Positions 33,620-35,979 of a stretch of DNA of 35,979 nt are shown piece after piece. The translations under genes and the position numbers were made by a program. Each line of letters opens with the position of its first letter. The first letter of the stretch is position 1. The stretch comes from Trichomonas gallinae (taxonomy: Eukaryota), in assembly GCA_008369845.1 (NCBI GenBank), contig MRSU01010439.1, positions 1-35,979 of the forward strand, read 5' to 3'. The notes under the pieces were generated by a model. The model was not told where the DNA came from and searched no databases. It saw only the letters and a list, made by a program, of their open reading frames with translations.

Positions 33620-35653
33620 CTAATTTTTAGAGAAAATAATATCTTTGATGCGGGATGGTGCATCATCGAAGAAATGATAATCATCTTCATTTACGAATTT
33701 GGCCAACTTCTTCCAAATTATTTTGCTGCAATCGTAATAAGGAAGTCTTTGCTCCGCTTTGCATTTCTTGAATGCTTCGATGATAGAACTGTAAGCGAAT
33801 TCATCTGGCAGTTTTAGAAGCGCAACGATGTATTGATCGAGTCTTGATTTTTCTATTGAAATGTTTACTGCATCAGCAAAGTTCTGCAGTAAAACATCAT
33901 CTTTGACAGCATCTTTCACATTGTTATAGATGCCCACAAACCTATCTGGATACTTGGAAACATAGGAAAGTGAGCTGGCGAGGTAGTTCTTCAGAGTTAT
34001 AGAAAGAGTTCTATCATTATTCACATGAATCGTGTAGAAATTGATTTCATCAGCGAAAGACGCTGCCTCGGAGAACTTGAATGTGATAGACTTGATTCCG
34101 AGAACAGTCTGCGAGCCGCACAACATGAAAATGGCAGATGGAGTTTGTATTGTGAAAGCGCTCCTTTGATCTTCGCCGAGAACAATTTGCGATGATAAAT
34201 CGTAAATTACATCATCAGCGGAGTAAATCAATGTGCTGTTTTCTACAAGGAAAACGCCTTTAAGAGGTATCTTTGACTTCATTGTTTTCTGTTTTGCGAA
34301 CTCATACTTGCCGTTGTTGTTTTTAACAGTGAATGTTGTATATTTGTCTTCACAACTGACGCAAAGTTTTTCTTTGTACACTGATATATGCTTTGCAAGG
34401 TAGCCTAGTTCGAAATCTGAAACTTTTCTGCATAAAAGGTCATAAATTAAAATTTTCAAATCTGGTGTGAAAATAAAAATATGATTATTGACGAATGCTG
34501 CATTGATAACATTACATTTGATGAAATTAGATGGTTTGTAATTATTTAACAAGCAGAAACCTGTTTCATTATAGATCAAATATGAATCTTTGTCCTTTTT
34601 GATGATTTTTCTGATTGGATAAGCATCTTCTGGCAAGTTAAGCTTATCTGTGGACATTGATCTGAACTGGTCGTCGGTTAAAAAGTCGCTAAATCCAATT
34701 GGTGTAAATAAGACAGATTCTGATGATTCAGCAAGATAAATCGTTGTAACTTTCGTGTAGTCTGTGACGAATATCATTTGCTGGTAAGCATCAACAGTTA
34801 AATCAACAAAATTTTCAAATTCTTTGAAAGTAATACTTACATGGCGTCCTGTTTCAATGAAGAAGCAAACACAGCATCCTGATTGGTAAAAGACCAATAA
34901 AACCTTGCCTTTGTTAACCCATTGTAACTTTGAAATTATTCCTTGGCTAGAATTCACTAACTGGATCTTTTTCGTGAAATTCGATGCAATACCAATTGTA
35001 AACACTTCGCTTTTGTTTGTTACGTATGCAATTAATGAATAATAAGGATTATAAGCAGATAATACTGCAGAATCCTCATTAATATAATGATAAATGTATT
35101 CTCCGTTATTCTCTATAACATTGCGCTCTAAATATAGAATAAATGGCGAATTTCCAGAAATTCCAGTTAATGTTGATGGTCTTTGGAATTCAACGGATGT
35201 AAGTGGTGAAATATTTCTTGGTAATGCAAATGTGCTGATTTTTTCACCATTAACATCAAAGAAATCGATTGTTGAATCTGGATAAACTAATCCTAAGTAT
35301 TTGAAGCATGAAAATGTAGATAAAACGCATCCATTGATAGGAATAGCTGATGTTAGTACTTGTATTTCTTTATCATTTATTGCAGAGAAGAAGAAATGAG
35401 TTGCAGTTCCAAAACAAATCGTTGTATTGTCAATCCATTGGATCCATTGGTTTTCTCCATAAGAGTCACATGATTCTTTGTTCCTTGTTAGCTTAAATTT
35501 TATATCTTTCATTTCGCGAATCGAAGAATCAACGATATAAATGGAATCAGCGGTCATCATCGCAATCAATCTGTTTTTAGGAGTTGAAGTCACCTTAAAA
35601 ATGCCTGGAATTTGAAATTCTGGCCCTTTTTCAAATGGAATCACGAAAGTCAT
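33620..35653 (-). CDS. Beta-propeller protein with a RIC1-like (Rab6 GEF subunit) N-terminus, ~677 aa
   Basis: LIAMMTADSIYI...LTRNKESCDSYGENQWIQW resembles the RIC1 N-terminal motif (R...S...YG.N....W). The start is placed at ATG 35653 because 35670-35720 holds the promoter motif array; the ORF track ATG is 35695. The RIC1 call is less certain than the ORF. Confidence 0.7.
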   Translation of the reverse strand: MTFVIPFEKGPEFQIPGIFKVTSTPKNRLIAMMTADSIYIVDSSIREMKDIKFKLTRNKESCDSYGENQWIQWIDNTTICFGTATHFFFSAINDKEIQVLTSAIPINGCVLSTFSCFKYLGLVYPDSTIDFFDVNGEKISTFALPRNISPLTSVEFQRPSTLTGISGNSPFILYLERNVIENNGEYIYHYINEDSAVLSAYNPYYSLIAYVTNKSEVFTIGIASNFTKKIQLVNSSQGIISKLQWVNKGKVLLVFYQSGCCVCFFIETGRHVSITFKEFENFVDLTVDAYQQMIFVTDYTKVTTIYLAESSESVLFTPIGFSDFLTDDQFRSMSTDKLNLPEDAYPIRKIIKKDKDSYLIYNETGFCLLNNYKPSNFIKCNVINAAFVNNHIFIFTPDLKILIYDLLCRKVSDFELGYLAKHISVYKEKLCVSCEDKYTTFTVKNNNGKYEFAKQKTMKSKIPLKGVFLVENSTLIYSADDVIYDLSSQIVLGEDQRSAFTIQTPSAIFMLCGSQTVLGIKSITFKFSEAASFADEINFYTIHVNNDRTLSITLKNYLASSLSYVSKYPDRFVGIYNNVKDAVKDDVLLQNFADAVNISIEKSRLDQYIVALLKLPDEFAYSSIIEAFKKCKAEQRLPYYDCSKIIWKKLAKFVNEDDYHFFDDAPSRIKDIIFSKN

Positions 35654-35668
35654 TATTAAATTTTGAAT

Positions 35669-35720
35669 CTGACAAATAAACTCGAAATATGACATATAAA
35701 TACATTATTTGACGTGTAAA
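35669..35720 (-). promoter_or_regulatory. Three motif variants (TTTACACGTCA, TTTATATGTCA, TTTATTTGTCA) at exact 20-bp spacing
   Basis: Plus-strand TGAC....AAA starts at 35670, 35690 and 35710. Confidence 0.6.
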
Positions 35721-35854
35721 TTTATTATTATAAATTCGAATTATATCACGAAATAGGTGGACCAGAAGCCATTGACTACATAGACTTATAAATAGAAAAG
35801 ATCCTATTGTATAATATTGTCTATAACATTTTAGAATTGCATCTACAAGATACC

Positions 35855-35979
35855 TTAAGGCTCGACCGACATAGTTAGTGAGGGGGTGACACCAAAATTG
35901 ATTTTTCATTCATGGGTAGGGGGTCATGCATGCTGTTACGTGTGTTTTGACCAAAAATGCATAAGCATGCATTTTACTC
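35855..35979. mobile_element. Possible terminus of a DNA transposon (TTAA + GG start, Kolobok-like), truncated by the window end
   Basis: TTAA at 35855-35858 is followed by GGCTCGACCGAC and a shift to G-rich non-coding sequence, with hairpin AAAATGCAT-AAGC-ATGCATTTT at 35954-35975. The partner end is not visible. Confidence 0.3.

Noticed and set aside
1..35979. tRNA, rRNA, transposase or Maverick genes
   Set aside because: No cloverleaf, rRNA-like segment, or integrase, transposase or polB ORF was recognised. Small ncRNAs cannot be excluded by eye.

Overview
AT-rich, intron-less, gene-dense eukaryotic DNA, most likely Trichomonas vaginalis or a close parabasalid. This rests on an initiator-binding-domain (IBD) gene, Inr/M2/M5-like core-promoter motifs, and the expanded Gly-rich and DUF3447/ankyrin families. 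Recognisable genes: CK2-alpha-like kinase, catalytically dead rhomboid (iRhom-like), IBD protein, BLOS1, a Rab GTPase, MOZART1, CDC50/LEM3, a DDB1-like propeller, a RIC1-like propeller and an EF-hand/WD40 protein split into two frames. There are also several hypothetical genes and disrupted genes (an RRM gene missing from the ORF track, a Gly-rich gene, a DUF3447 gene and ankyrin relics). Two signals stand out. (1) The EF-hand/WD40 frame break lies on an A_AAA_AAA slippery heptamer followed by two perfect GC-rich stems in H-type pseudoknot arrangement, making it a candidate programmed -1 ribosomal frameshift in a cellular gene; a homopolymer sequencing error is the alternative. (2) Promoter-proximal arrays of short motifs (TTTACAYGWCAAA and AAAAGTGAC) repeat with ~20-bp periodicity upstream of several unrelated genes. 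All family assignments come from motif recognition by eye, not database searches.
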